NCBI GenBank assembly: GCA_963674825.1
Contig: OY771587.1
Span: 320,001 to 384,000 of the forward strand
DNA from: Candidatus Cloacimonadales bacterium
GTDB lineage: Bacteria; Cloacimonadota; Cloacimonadia; Cloacimonadales; JAIOQZ01
Length of the DNA stretch: 64,000 nt
Direction of reading: 5' to 3'
The notes under the pieces were generated by a model. That model searched no databases. It saw only the letters and a list, made by a program, of their open reading frames with translations, and had not been told where the DNA came from. Shown piece after piece: positions 1 through 10,484 of this stretch (position 1 is the stretch's first letter; every line of letters begins with the position of its first letter). The position numbers and the translations under genes are program-made.

Positions 1-1
1 T

Positions 2-1414
2 CACGGCACACTGGCGGTTGTCTGCGACCCTCATGAGATCGCCAATGTGATGGGAATCGCCGGTGTCGAATATATGATCGCAAACGCTAAGCAATCACCT
101 GTCGAATTCCACTTCGGAGCGCCTTCTTGCGTTCCAGCCTCACCGTTCGAGACCTCCGGTGCGATACTGGATTCTGATGCCGTCGCCAGGCTACTCAAGA
201 AAAAGGAGATCGGCTACCTGAGCGAGATGATGAACTTCCCCGGTGTTCTGAGCGGCGATCCCGAAGTCATGGCAAAGATCGCGGCTGCGAAAGAACTCGG
301 CCTTCCCATCGACGGACATGCTCCCGGACTGCGTGGCGATGACCTTCGCAAGTATATCGGTGCCGGAATCTCGACCGATCACGAGACGCTCACGCTCGAA
401 GAAGGAAAAGAAAAAATCAGCCTCGGCATGAAGGTTATTATCCGTAGCGGTAGTGCAGCGGATAGCCTCAGCGAGTTGCTTCCATTACTTAACGAACATC
501 CTGAAATGTGCATGTTCTGTACCGATGACCAGCATCCCGATTCGTTGCAAAAAGGCCACCTTGATCGCATCGTACGGCAAGCGATTTCCAGCGGATACTC
601 AGTGATGGATGTGCTGCGTGCAGCAACACTTAACCCAGCATTGCATTACGGCCTTGGAGTCGGCCTATTGCAGATTGGCGATCCAGCCGATTTCATCGAA
701 ATCGACAGCCTCGATTCGTTCCAGGTGTTACGCACATTTGCACGCGGAAACATCATCGCCGAAAAAGGTAAGTACCTGCTCCCGGTCGTGTTCCCGGAGC
801 CCATCAACCATTTTAATACTAATCCGATCGCAACAGACGACATCGTTGTACGTTCCACATCTGAGAGGATCAGAGTAATCGAAGCGATCGACCGACAGGT
901 CTTCACAGGAAGCGGAATGGCATCCGTGGAACCGGGCACAACCATCGAGCCCGATCCATCGCGCGATCTGCTCAAGCTGGTAGTTTTGAATCGCTATCGG
1001 CATGCGGCTCCGGCTGTGGCTTTCGTGCGGAAATTCGGTCTGAAACGCGGAGCTATTGCCTCCAGTATCGCGCATGATTCGCATAATATCATCGCTGTGG
1101 GTGCGGATGACGGATCGATATGCCGTGCGATCAATGCCATCGTCGATTCCAGAGGCGGTATCGCTGTCGCGACGGAAAGCATACTAGACATTTTGCCGCT
1201 ACCGGTCGCAGGACTCATGAGCACGATGACGGTCGCGGAGACGGCCGAAGGGTATCAGAGACTGACAGCCCACGCGAAAGCGCTTGGAAGCAAGCTTGAT
1301 GCGCCATTCATGACCCTCTCGTTCATGGCTTTGACGGTGATCCCTGATCTGAAGCTGAGCGACCGCGGCCTGTTCGACGGAAAAAGCTTCAGCTTTTGCG
1401 GACTTGAAGCTTGA
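2..1414 (+). CDS. ade: Adenine deaminase (5'-truncated by window edge)
   Basis: Frame is open from position 2 (HGTLAVVCDPHEIANVMG); motifs EMMNFPGV, DGHAPGL, STDHE, CTDD, SIAHDSHN. Confidence 0.93.
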   Translation, partial: HGTLAVVCDPHEIANVMGIAGVEYMIANAKQSPVEFHFGAPSCVPASPFETSGAILDSDAVARLLKKKEIGYLSEMMNFPGVLSGDPEVMAKIAAAKELGLPIDGHAPGLRGDDLRKYIGAGISTDHETLTLEEGKEKISLGMKVIIRSGSAADSLSELLPLLNEHPEMCMFCTDDQHPDSLQKGHLDRIVRQAISSGYSVMDVLRAATLNPALHYGLGVGLLQIGDPADFIEIDSLDSFQVLRTFARGNIIAEKGKYLLPVVFPEPINHFNTNPIATDDIVVRSTSERIRVIEAIDRQVFTGSGMASVEPGTTIEPDPSRDLLKLVVLNRYRHAAPAVAFVRKFGLKRGAIASSIAHDSHNIIAVGADDGSICRAINAIVDSRGGIAVATESILDILPLPVAGLMSTMTVAETAEGYQRLTAHAKALGSKLDAPFMTLSFMALTVIPDLKLSDRGLFDGKSFSFCGLEA

Positions 1415-1478
1415 CAAAACTACAGGGCATGATAATTGCCTTTAATGGTATAACTTATTATACGAAATGGAGTTGTTC

Positions 1479-2243
1479 ATGTGTGAACATATTTCGAAAA
1501 GCGCTATTATCGGTAAGGATACCCAACTTGGGAAAAATTGCATCATCGAGGATGACGTCATCATCGGCGAAGGTTGTATAATCGGCCATAACGTGGTGAT
1601 CCACAAGGGCTCGCAGATCGGCTGCTTTGTCCGCATCGACGATAATACCATCGTTGGCAAAATGCCCATGGCCTCACCGCGAAGCATCTTCAAAACGGAG
1701 AACGAATATCGCCCGGCGAAGATTGGTGACGAATGCCTCATCGGCGCAAACGTGGTGCTCTATGTCCAATGTGAGATCGGACGCAAGACACTGGTTGCAG
1801 ATCTGGCTACCATCCGCGAAAATGTCACCATAGGAGAATTCAACATCATCGGGCGTAACGCCGCGATCGAGAATTTCGTCAAGATAGGCGACCGAAACAA
1901 GTTCGAGACCAATTGTTACATCACTGCTTACTCCGAAGTGGAAGACTACTGCTTCATCGCTCCATGTGTGGCGACCAGCAATGACAACTACGCCGCCCGT
2001 GACAAAGAGCGTTATGAGCACTTCAAGGGCGTGACCGTCCGCACCGGAGGCCGTATCGGGTTAAATTCCACAATCCTTCCCGGCAGGACAATCGAGAAAG
2101 ACGCAATGGTAGCTGCTGGTTCCGTCCTCACCAAAGACGCGACAACAGGCGAAGTCTGGATGGGAAGCCCCGCGAAAAGCGTTCGTAACGTTCCTGAAGC
2201 GCAATTGCTGAAGAATAATCTCGACAAGAAATCAACTGACTGA
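1479..2243 (+). CDS. Hexapeptide-repeat (left-handed beta-helix) N-acetyltransferase, WbpD/WlbB-like
   Basis: Repeated IG-x4 hexapeptides, C-terminal AAGSVLTKD...GSPAK; GGAG upstream of ATG 1479 (alternative ATG 1467). Confidence 0.8.
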   Translation: MCEHISKSAIIGKDTQLGKNCIIEDDVIIGEGCIIGHNVVIHKGSQIGCFVRIDDNTIVGKMPMASPRSIFKTENEYRPAKIGDECLIGANVVLYVQCEIGRKTLVADLATIRENVTIGEFNIIGRNAAIENFVKIGDRNKFETNCYITAYSEVEDYCFIAPCVATSNDNYAARDKERYEHFKGVTVRTGGRIGLNSTILPGRTIEKDAMVAAGSVLTKDATTGEVWMGSPAKSVRNVPEAQLLKNNLDKKSTD

Positions 2244-2250
2244 GGTACCA

Positions 2251-2979
2251 ATGAAACCGCTGGTTATCGTTCCAACCTACAACGAAGCAGACAACATGCC
2301 CGAACTGCTCAAAGCGCTGCTTCACCTGCACGAAGACCTGAACATCCTGATCGTTGACGACAACTCTCCCGATGGAACGGCTAAAATCGTTGAAGACACC
2401 ATGAAGATAGAGCCACGCGTTCACATCCTGAAACGGGCTGGCAAGCTCGGACTGGGATCGGCCTACGTGGAAGGCTTCAAATATGCTATCCGAGAGAAAT
2501 ACGACCTCATCTTCCAGATGGACGCGGATTTCTCGCACAATCCAGCGATTATCCTCCTGATGATGGAGGTGATCGAAGACTTCGACTTGGTGATCGGTTC
2601 TCGTTACGTCAGCGGTATCAACGTGGTTAATTGGCCGCTCTCCAGGCTCATCTTGAGCTATGGAGCCGCCAAATACGTCCGCATCATCACCGGTATGCGC
2701 ATCAAAGACCCGACCGGCGGATTCAAATGCTTCCGCCGCGAAGTGCTCGAAGCGATAGACCTGGACAACATCCTTTCAGACGGCTATTCGTTCCAGATCG
2801 AGATCAACTACCGTACATGGCTGAACGGATTTCGCATCAAGGAGATTCCGATCGTCTTCACCGACCGCCGCAGTGGCCAATCAAAGATGTCGAAAAAGAT
2901 CATTCGCGAAGCGATCTTTGTCGTTTGGAAACTTCTCTTTCACCACATCACAGGAAAGATTCCATGCCGCAAGCCATGA
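2251..2979 (+). CDS. GT2 polyprenol monophosphomannose synthase (DPM1-like)
   Basis: VPTYNEADN, VDDNSPDGT, MDADFSH, GSRY, D-x-TGGFK motifs. Confidence 0.9.
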   Translation: MKPLVIVPTYNEADNMPELLKALLHLHEDLNILIVDDNSPDGTAKIVEDTMKIEPRVHILKRAGKLGLGSAYVEGFKYAIREKYDLIFQMDADFSHNPAIILLMMEVIEDFDLVIGSRYVSGINVVNWPLSRLILSYGAAKYVRIITGMRIKDPTGGFKCFRREVLEAIDLDNILSDGYSFQIEINYRTWLNGFRIKEIPIVFTDRRSGQSKMSKKIIREAIFVVWKLLFHHITGKIPCRKP

Positions 2980-4289
2980 TTCTGAATGACGTCGCAATAG
3001 AAAAGCTTGTTTTCAAAGGCTTCGGTCTGGGCCACACCGATGGCAAGACGGTCTTCGTGATCAACGCCGTGCCGGAAGACATCGTGGATGTGCGTGTTAT
3101 ACACCGGAAGAAAGGCATCTTCATCGGTAAAATCGAGTCATTCACCAAGGCCTCACCTCACCGGGTTGATCCCGAATGCGAAGCTTTCGGCGAATGCGGT
3201 GGTTGCGACTGGCTCAATCTCCCTTACGACATTCAGGTGCTTTTCAAACAACAGGTGATCGAGTCGTTCTTCAACGAGTTCGATCCCGAGTGTATCTACC
3301 CCATCATGGCTGCTGAAGAACCTTTCAACTACCGGAACAAGAGCTTCCTGCCTGTTTCCAATACAGGAATCGGGATGTTCGCGCGTATGAGTCACGAAGT
3401 AATCCCGCATAAAAATTGTCGCATCCAACCGGAGATCTTCGATCGTGTAGCTGAGGTTTTTTCTCACTATATGGCAGCCTCCAAGGCAACACCCTATAAC
3501 GAACAGAATCACACGGGCATCGTGCGCCATATCGGGATTCGCTACTCCTTTTCACGCGGCGAGTTCGTCGTGATCGTTGTAACCCGCAGCGCTAAGCTCC
3601 CCTTTACGCAACAGCTTGTCAGAACGCTTACCGAGACGTTCCCGAATATAGTCGGCCTGGTTCAGAACATCAATCGCGAACGCGGCAATACCATCCTGGG
3701 CGATGACGAGAAGCTCCTCTGGGGAAGAGCCCATATCTTCGAGGATATCGGTAGCAGGACGTTTAAAATCAACTACCGCTCATTCTTCCAGATAAATTCG
3801 CAACAGACGCACACACTCTACAGCTATATCCGCGACAAGACCGGGACCAACCGCTGCGTGATCGATGCCTACAGTGGAATCGGCTCCATCGGAATTTACC
3901 TCGGCGAGAAGGCGGAGAAGGTCTTCTGTATCGAGCGCAACACCAGCGCCTGCCGCGACGCCGAAGAAAACGCAAGGCTCAACGATGTTTCCAACTGCGA
4001 GTTCATCGAAGCGAATGTCGAGGACGCAATCCCCGGTCTGGTCAAAGAAAGACAGATCGACACAATCATCTTCGATCCACCAAGACGCGGTCTGGATGCG
4101 GATATCATCGAAAGCGTCTGCTGCATCCCCAAGATTATCTACATAAGCTGCAATCCATCCACACAGGTGCGAGATATCAAGCTCCTGCTGGAAAAGGGCT
4201 ACAAGCTCAAACGGGTGCAGCCATTCGATATGTTCCCACAAACCTACCACATCGAAAATGTGGCTATCCTGGAGAAAGACGATGAGTAA
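2976..4289 (+). CDS. rlmD: 23S rRNA (uracil-5)-methyltransferase RlmD/RumA
   Basis: TRAM N-terminus, CxxFxxCGGC Fe-S motif, SFFQIN, DPPRRG, YISCNP, DMFPQTYHIE; ATGA overlap with upstream stop (alternative ATG 2964). Confidence 0.92.
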   Translation: MILNDVAIEKLVFKGFGLGHTDGKTVFVINAVPEDIVDVRVIHRKKGIFIGKIESFTKASPHRVDPECEAFGECGGCDWLNLPYDIQVLFKQQVIESFFNEFDPECIYPIMAAEEPFNYRNKSFLPVSNTGIGMFARMSHEVIPHKNCRIQPEIFDRVAEVFSHYMAASKATPYNEQNHTGIVRHIGIRYSFSRGEFVVIVVTRSAKLPFTQQLVRTLTETFPNIVGLVQNINRERGNTILGDDEKLLWGRAHIFEDIGSRTFKINYRSFFQINSQQTHTLYSYIRDKTGTNRCVIDAYSGIGSIGIYLGEKAEKVFCIERNTSACRDAEENARLNDVSNCEFIEANVEDAIPGLVKERQIDTIIFDPPRRGLDADIIESVCCIPKIIYISCNPSTQVRDIKLLLEKGYKLKRVQPFDMFPQTYHIENVAILEKDDE

Positions 4290-5229
4290 ATCAATCTGGT
4301 TTGCGGCGATCCTTTTTTCCATGCTCTTTCTGATGGCATGCTCCGGCAGCACGGACGACGATGAGGTCGCATCGGTCCTTATCACCGAGATTCTCGACGA
4401 CATCGAAGAGCTTTACAACCTCCACGACGTTGACGGCATCATGGCTTACTTTCACCCGGATTTCCTTCACTATGGCGATAACCGCACCAGCGAACGCTAT
4501 ACCTGGGAAATCCGCATGACCCTCTACCCCACCATGGAAATCGATGATATCGAGGTGGAAAAAGATGGGCTGGAGGCAGTTGCCAGCTTCACCATGACAC
4601 TAATCGATGGAAATGACATCGAGGTATACAACGAGCCGGATGATCACGGCGATTTCTCCTACTTCTACAAAGACGTAAGTGACTGGAAGATATATGGTAA
4701 CCAGCAATATGGCTCTGGCATCGGTTATCAGATGTCAATCAATACCGATCCGCAAGGTGCACTGATTTATTTCGACGATGCGTCCGTCTATCAATACACA
4801 CCAGCGATCCTCCAATCCATTCCCGGTGGGGTCCATACGGTTCGACTCTACAAATACGGCTATAACGAATACGAAGAGACGATCACCGTCCCGGATACCT
4901 ACCAGTACGAGATCACACTCTCCGAACCGGGCTATCCCAAACCGGAATTCGATCTCGACAGTCCGTTGAACGGCTACAGCTACGCCTCCACAACTGTTTC
5001 ACTGGAAGGTCTTCTGTGGAACCGACTGCAATCAGGCTCGCTTGGCAGCTTCGACGGCACCGAATATACAATGACATTCAACGGCCAGGAAACAACTATC
5101 GGCACCAACGGTGTCCTGATCGAACTGCTGGCAATTCAGTCCGGGCAGAACGAGCTGCAACTTCGAGCCACCAACGCCTCGGGAAATACAGGCTGGAGCA
5201 ACACCATTATCTTTGAAGGTCTTTTCTAA
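4282..5229 (+). CDS. Lipoprotein with NTF2-like and PEGA domains
   Basis: Lipobox LMAC after hydrophobic leader; PEGA pattern INTDPQGALIY...TP...G-H-VRL-K-GY. Confidence 0.7.
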   Translation: MSKSIWFAAILFSMLFLMACSGSTDDDEVASVLITEILDDIEELYNLHDVDGIMAYFHPDFLHYGDNRTSERYTWEIRMTLYPTMEIDDIEVEKDGLEAVASFTMTLIDGNDIEVYNEPDDHGDFSYFYKDVSDWKIYGNQQYGSGIGYQMSINTDPQGALIYFDDASVYQYTPAILQSIPGGVHTVRLYKYGYNEYEETITVPDTYQYEITLSEPGYPKPEFDLDSPLNGYSYASTTVSLEGLLWNRLQSGSLGSFDGTEYTMTFNGQETTIGTNGVLIELLAIQSGQNELQLRATNASGNTGWSNTIIFEGLF

Positions 5230-5870
5230 TGCACAACAACCTCGCAGAAGCAAAGCAAAAACTCATCGACTGGTTCCAGCGTATCTACGACCGGAACTTG
5301 ACTACATCATCCGGCGGCAACCTTAGCATCCGTATCGGCGACCACATCGTGTGTTCACCCACCGGCAAAGACAAAGGTTCTCTCGCACCGCGCGACCTCT
5401 GTGTGCTACAGCTCGATTCTGACGCTGGATTCACGCTGCTCAATGACAGCAAGCCCACCTGCGAGATTCAGATGCATCTGGAAATCTACCGCAGACGACC
5501 CGAAATCAATGCCATCATGCACGCACATCCGGTATTCGCATCGCTTTTCAGCGTGCTCAGCACACCGTTACGTAACGACCTCTTCTCCGAAAGCTACATC
5601 TTCATCCCAAAGATCGAATACGTACCATACGCGCCACCCGGTAGCATTGAACTCGCTTCAAACGTTGGCGAAGCTTCACTGAAATCGGACGCGCTGATCC
5701 TGCGTAATCATGGTGTTGTCTTGATGGGCGATTCGCTTGCAACATGCTTTCGCAACCTCGAAGTGATGGAGCACTCCGCTAAATCGCAGTATCTGCTTCA
5801 GGGAAGACGAGACGTGAAAGGACTGAACGAGGGGCAACTCATGGAGTTATCGTCGCTGTTTCATTGCTAA
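5229..5870 (+). CDS. Class II aldolase/adducin family protein
   Basis: GGNLSIR, PTCE..MH, HAHP, LRNHG zinc-binding motifs. Confidence 0.88.
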   Translation: MHNNLAEAKQKLIDWFQRIYDRNLTTSSGGNLSIRIGDHIVCSPTGKDKGSLAPRDLCVLQLDSDAGFTLLNDSKPTCEIQMHLEIYRRRPEINAIMHAHPVFASLFSVLSTPLRNDLFSESYIFIPKIEYVPYAPPGSIELASNVGEASLKSDALILRNHGVVLMGDSLATCFRNLEVMEHSAKSQYLLQGRRDVKGLNEGQLMELSSLFHC

Positions 5871-6086
5871 GCCTGAAACAGAATAAATTCGATTTGTTTT
5901 GACAAAAAATACCGCCGGTAAAACTTCGACATGAAATTTGTTTTTGCATTCATCAATTTGTTGTTTGAATTCGGTCAGAAAGATGTAACTTATTACAGAA
6001 TTGCGAAGTAAACAAAATCAACGACCCTGAAATTTATGAATACTCGTTCTCCATAATTTTCAAGGTAATAAATCAATGGAGATACT

Positions 6087-7697
6087 ATGAGAAAAGTAAT
6101 GAATTTCAACGAGTTAGGGCTCTCGGAAGACGCGCTCAAAGCGATAACTGCGAAAGGCTTCGAAGAACCCACCGAAATACAGGCTATGACTATCCCTGTC
6201 ATGCTTGGCGAACCCTGTAACATCATCGCTCAGGCACAAACGGGCACAGGCAAGACCGCAGCCTTTGGATTACCCCTCTTGGACATGATCAATCCACAAT
6301 CAGAAGATGTTTGCGCATTAGTCCTCGTACCAACTCGCGAACTGGCGATACAAGTCTCGGAAGAAATCCACACGCTACGCGGCAGCAAACAGATCCGAAC
6401 CGTTCCCATCTATGGTGGGCAATCGATCGAACAGCAATTCCGCCGCCTGAAAAAGAGCGTGCAGATCATCGTGGGTACTCCAGGCCGCATCATCGACCAT
6501 ATTCGCCGTAAAACACTCAATTTCAGCAAGATCGATTACCTCATCCTGGACGAAGCGGACGAAATGCTGAACATGGGCTTCATCGACGACATGGAAGAGA
6601 TCATGAAGCACACAAACAGCACCAAGCGCACACTCCTCTTCTCGGCCACCATGCCGGACAAGATCAAGAAGCTAGCTAACCAGTACATGGAAGGCTACAA
6701 GCTTCTCTCCGTAGAGACAGGACAACTCACGACAAAACTAACAGAGCAAATCTATTTCGAAGTCAAAGCTTCTGATAAGCTTGAAGCCCTCTGTCGAATC
6801 ATCGATATCGAGGAAGACTTTTATGGGCTAATCTTCTGTCGCACCAAAAACGATGTCGATGTGCTGGTAAACCAGTTGCTGGATCGCGGTTATGACGCAG
6901 AAGCGATTCATGGAGATATCCATCAGGGAAGACGTGAAAGGACTCTGAATAAATTCAAGGACATGAAAGTCAATATCCTCGTGGCTACTGATGTAGCAGC
7001 AAGAGGTATCGACGTTATCAACCTGACGCACGTTATCAACTACTCACTTCCGTACGACGCCGAAGCTTATGTACACAGGATTGGCCGCACTGGAAGAGCA
7101 GGAAATCAGGGTACGGCGATCACTTTCATCACTCCTAGCGAGTATAAGAGACTGGTCTTCATCCAGAAATTTGCCAATACCGATATAAAAAAATCGACGA
7201 TTCCGGACGTAGATGAAATCATCCAGGCGAAAGTGCAGAAAATCAACACTGACCTCAACGGAATCGTTAACGACTCGATCGAAGATAAATTTTTCAACTG
7301 GTCAAGGGACCTCCTTGAGAACAATGATCCAACCGTTGTCCTTGCAGCGCTATTGAGCTATTGCTTTGAAGACGATATAAATCCCGATAACTACGGTACC
7401 ATCGAATCGGTTCATACGAAAAGCGAGAATCTGGATAAGCAGGGCATTACGCGACTGTTTGTTGCGCGCGGTAAGCGGGATGGTATCAACGAGCGTTCGC
7501 TGGTCGATATGATCATGAGCCGTGTCACAATCAAGAAAAGACAGATCAAGGACGTTCAGGTGCTGGACAATTTTTCCTTTATCAATGTCCCGTTCAGCAA
7601 GGCAGAGACGATTATCAGATCATTCCATGAAAAAGGTAACAAACCGCTCATCACCTACTCGAAGGAACGAACGACGAAGAAAAGATCCAGATCGTAA
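6087..7697 (+). CDS. DEAD-box RNA helicase with C-terminal DbpA-type RNA-binding domain
   Basis: Q motif, AQTGTGKT, PTRELA, DEAD, SAT, HRIGRTGR. Confidence 0.95.
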   Translation: MRKVMNFNELGLSEDALKAITAKGFEEPTEIQAMTIPVMLGEPCNIIAQAQTGTGKTAAFGLPLLDMINPQSEDVCALVLVPTRELAIQVSEEIHTLRGSKQIRTVPIYGGQSIEQQFRRLKKSVQIIVGTPGRIIDHIRRKTLNFSKIDYLILDEADEMLNMGFIDDMEEIMKHTNSTKRTLLFSATMPDKIKKLANQYMEGYKLLSVETGQLTTKLTEQIYFEVKASDKLEALCRIIDIEEDFYGLIFCRTKNDVDVLVNQLLDRGYDAEAIHGDIHQGRRERTLNKFKDMKVNILVATDVAARGIDVINLTHVINYSLPYDAEAYVHRIGRTGRAGNQGTAITFITPSEYKRLVFIQKFANTDIKKSTIPDVDEIIQAKVQKINTDLNGIVNDSIEDKFFNWSRDLLENNDPTVVLAALLSYCFEDDINPDNYGTIESVHTKSENLDKQGITRLFVARGKRDGINERSLVDMIMSRVTIKKRQIKDVQVLDNFSFINVPFSKAETIIRSFHEKGNKPLITYSKERTTKKRSRS

Positions 7698-7710
7698 ACA
7701 ATATTCGAGC

Positions 7711-7745
7711 GTGCTCCGTTGCTATGGCGATGGAGCACTTTTTTT
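7711..7745 (+). terminator. Intrinsic terminator between convergent helicase and era
   Basis: GTGCTCC...GGAGCAC stem followed by a T run. Confidence 0.75.
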
Positions 7746-7749
7746 GTTT

Positions 7750-8649
7750 CTACTTATACCCAAATTCTTTCAAAGCGCCCATTTTCTTGCGCCAGTTGGG
7801 CTTGATCTTCACCCATAGATTCAGCTCGACCGGTCTTCCGGTCAGCTTGCGGATCTCTCGCTCTGATTCGCGCCGAAGATTGGCAATCGCACTGCCTTTT
7901 TTTCCAATGATAATTGGTTTTTGCGATTGACGCTCAATCCAGATATTCGCGTGGATGATATCCATCTCAGGTAGCTCCTGAAACGACTCCACAACCACGG
8001 CCGTGGCGTAAGGGACTTCCTCGCCGTAGTTCATGAAGATCCGTTCGCGTATGATCTCCTGCACGAAGAAGCGCAAGGGAAGATCGGAAAGATCGTCCGG
8101 ATCGTAGAGTGGTGGTGAGAATGGAAGCATCTCGGAAAGGGTATCCAGCAGCGTATCAAGGTTCGTCTTCTCCAGCGCAGATATTTCCAGGACGCGGTCG
8201 AATCCATAGCTCTTGATCTGCTCACGTGCAGCTTCCAATGCTTCCTCATCCACCGCGTCGATCTTATTCAACGCAGCAATGCGTGGATTTTTCACCTTCG
8301 AGAGGTTCTCGCAGAGCTCTTGATCGTAGTCCGTCGGGAAATTCTTCGTATCGGTTACGAACAACACTACATCGCTATCAGAAAGGGACATCTGGATATA
8401 CTCGCGCATCTTTTCCTGAAGCGTATAGCGCGGTTTGAGAAAGCCGGGCGTATCCAGAAAGATGATCTGGCGCTTTTCGTCGTTGAAGAAGCCTTTGATA
8501 TTCTGCCGGGTCGTCTGCGGCTTTGGCGTGACGCTGGAGAGTTTTTCGCCGATCAGCGCATTCATGAGGGTTGATTTCCCCACATTGGGGCGTCCAACAA
8601 TAGAGACATAGCCGGCCTTGAAGTCGGCAGGTATATTGAGCGGATCCAT
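7750..8649 (-). CDS. era: GTPase Era
   Basis: GRPNVGKS, PQTTR, DTPG, NKID, KH-domain GKKG; start overlaps holA stop (TAATG). Confidence 0.96.
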   Translation of the reverse strand: MDPLNIPADFKAGYVSIVGRPNVGKSTLMNALIGEKLSSVTPKPQTTRQNIKGFFNDEKRQIIFLDTPGFLKPRYTLQEKMREYIQMSLSDSDVVLFVTDTKNFPTDYDQELCENLSKVKNPRIAALNKIDAVDEEALEAAREQIKSYGFDRVLEISALEKTNLDTLLDTLSEMLPFSPPLYDPDDLSDLPLRFFVQEIIRERIFMNYGEEVPYATAVVVESFQELPEMDIIHANIWIERQSQKPIIIGKKGSAIANLRRESEREIRKLTGRPVELNLWVKIKPNWRKKMGALKEFGYK

Positions 8650-9674
8650 TATGTTGCCTTTACGATTTTGTATATGGTTGTCGATGCCAGGATGGGCACC
8701 AGCGCTGTCTCGATCGACTTGAGGTTGCAATCGAGTTCATAGAGCAAATGAAAGGTCTCACGGATTGCCTTGATGGAATACTTGGACGCGTAGGTCATAT
8801 AGTTGCGGCGCAGCCAGTAGAAGACCTCGGGAATATGTTTGTTGGTAATGTCTGGCTCGCTGACACCCTTGTCTTTGAGGCTACGAATCTTCCATAGTGT
8901 CAGGAAAAGGTTGGTAAGGAGCGAAACCACATAGATCATGCTGGCGTCGTTATCCAGAAGTTCCTTGAGAATCTTCATCGCAACTTTCGGGTTTCGTGCG
9001 CCAACAGCATCCACAAGATCGTATTCGGTGAAGCTGCTGAGCCTCGTAAGGCTGTCCAATACCGTCTGTTTGTTGAGCTTCTTCGATTCACCGGACAAGA
9101 GGATGACTTTCTCCAGTTCGTTTGATGCTGAGGCGTAGTCCATGGGAACATTCGTGCAGAAAATATCCATGGCATCGTTGTCCATGATAAGGTTAAGCCT
9201 CTTCATCTCCGAGCCCAGCCATCGTCGGATATCGTCCGGGTAGCGAGGCGGTTTGCACTCCACCTCTGAAGCGACATCAGCCAGTTTCTTGAAAAAGCTC
9301 AGGCGTTTATCGGGCTTTTCGGCGGTGAGGATAAAGACGCTCGACTCGGACGGCGATTCGATATAGGCAATCAGCTTTTTCATCTCGGCAGCACGCATGT
9401 TATCAACATCTTTTAGCGTGATCACCCGTTTCTGCGACAGAAACGGAAGTGATTCGAGCTGTTCAAGTACACTTTCGCCAGTCGCATCATCGCCATAGAA
9501 AAGCGCTGTATCAAAGTCGTCGGATCCATCGGTTAGATACTGCTTGCGAATGGACGATACAACCTTAGACTTCAGAAGCGATTCGCTACCGAACACGAAA
9601 AATACCGGAGAAAAGGGGATACTACCCTTTCGGGCGAGAAATTCGTGAGCCTGCATCGTCTGCGGTTTTTTCAT
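8649..9674 (-). CDS. holA: DNA polymerase III delta subunit
   Basis: VFFVFGSE, SLPFLSQKRVI, NELEKV, D-x-LKS pattern; ~340 aa. Confidence 0.85.
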   Translation of the reverse strand: MKKPQTMQAHEFLARKGSIPFSPVFFVFGSESLLKSKVVSSIRKQYLTDGSDDFDTALFYGDDATGESVLEQLESLPFLSQKRVITLKDVDNMRAAEMKKLIAYIESPSESSVFILTAEKPDKRLSFFKKLADVASEVECKPPRYPDDIRRWLGSEMKRLNLIMDNDAMDIFCTNVPMDYASASNELEKVILLSGESKKLNKQTVLDSLTRLSSFTEYDLVDAVGARNPKVAMKILKELLDNDASMIYVVSLLTNLFLTLWKIRSLKDKGVSEPDITNKHIPEVFYWLRRNYMTYASKYSIKAIRETFHLLYELDCNLKSIETALVPILASTTIYKIVKAT

Positions 9675-10474
9675 AGTCCTCTACCAAGCAGAATGATTGT
9701 CGCGATCGCGACGAACCAGCAATAGAACGAGAAGTATTTCATCTTCTGCTTGCGAACCATGGCAAGCAGGAGCGATATTACCAGATAACCTGAGATAAAC
9801 GCCGCCACGGTTCCGGCGATGTAGCGCACCAGATAGTGCGATTCGATGTTCGCCAGCGAACCGATATCGAGGACTGTCGCGCCCAGAATCGCGGGAATCG
9901 CCAGCAGAAACGCGTAGCGAGCCGCGTCGTCACGCTTGAGACCAACGAATAATCCGGTAGAGATCGTCATGCCTGAGCGAGAGATTCCGGGAACAATTGC
10001 CAGCGCTTGACCGATACCGATTAGCACGCCGCGCAGCACGCCCATCTTCCCCATCTCCAGACCGCGCGATCGCACGATGTCCGAAACCAGCACGATCGCA
10101 CCGGTGAAAAACAACATGATCGCAGCTACCATCGGATTGGAGAAAAGCGCTTCGATCGGGTCTTTCAGCAGCACACCGACCAGCCCGATGGGGATCGTAC
10201 CGATGAAGAGGTACAGGAGTACGCGACGGTTGTCGCTCACTGCTTCGCCTTTCGCGGATGGGTTGAGCGATTTCAATAGCGCAAAAATGTCTGTGCGAAA
10301 GTAAAGCAGGATCGCGAGAAGCGTTCCAAAATGTAACAGCACGTCGAATGACATATCAGGCTTGTCGAAGCGCATAAAATGCTCGGCGATGACCAGATGC
10401 CCACTGCTGCTTACCGGCAGAAATTCTGTAAGACCTTGTATGATTCCAAGTATGATTGATTTGAGTAGTTCCAT
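9671..10474 (-). CDS. uppP: Undecaprenyl-diphosphate phosphatase
   Basis: QGLTEFLPVSSSGH, PGISRSG, multiple TM helices. Confidence 0.96.
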   Translation of the reverse strand: MELLKSIILGIIQGLTEFLPVSSSGHLVIAEHFMRFDKPDMSFDVLLHFGTLLAILLYFRTDIFALLKSLNPSAKGEAVSDNRRVLLYLFIGTIPIGLVGVLLKDPIEALFSNPMVAAIMLFFTGAIVLVSDIVRSRGLEMGKMGVLRGVLIGIGQALAIVPGISRSGMTISTGLFVGLKRDDAARYAFLLAIPAILGATVLDIGSLANIESHYLVRYIAGTVAAFISGYLVISLLLAMVRKQKMKYFSFYCWFVAIATIILLGRGL

Positions 10475-10484
10475 TGATTACCTG

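Noticed and set aside
2631..2975. N-terminal extension of the rlmD ORF
   Set aside because: It overlaps the GT2 gene out of frame; RlmD similarity starts at about 2976.
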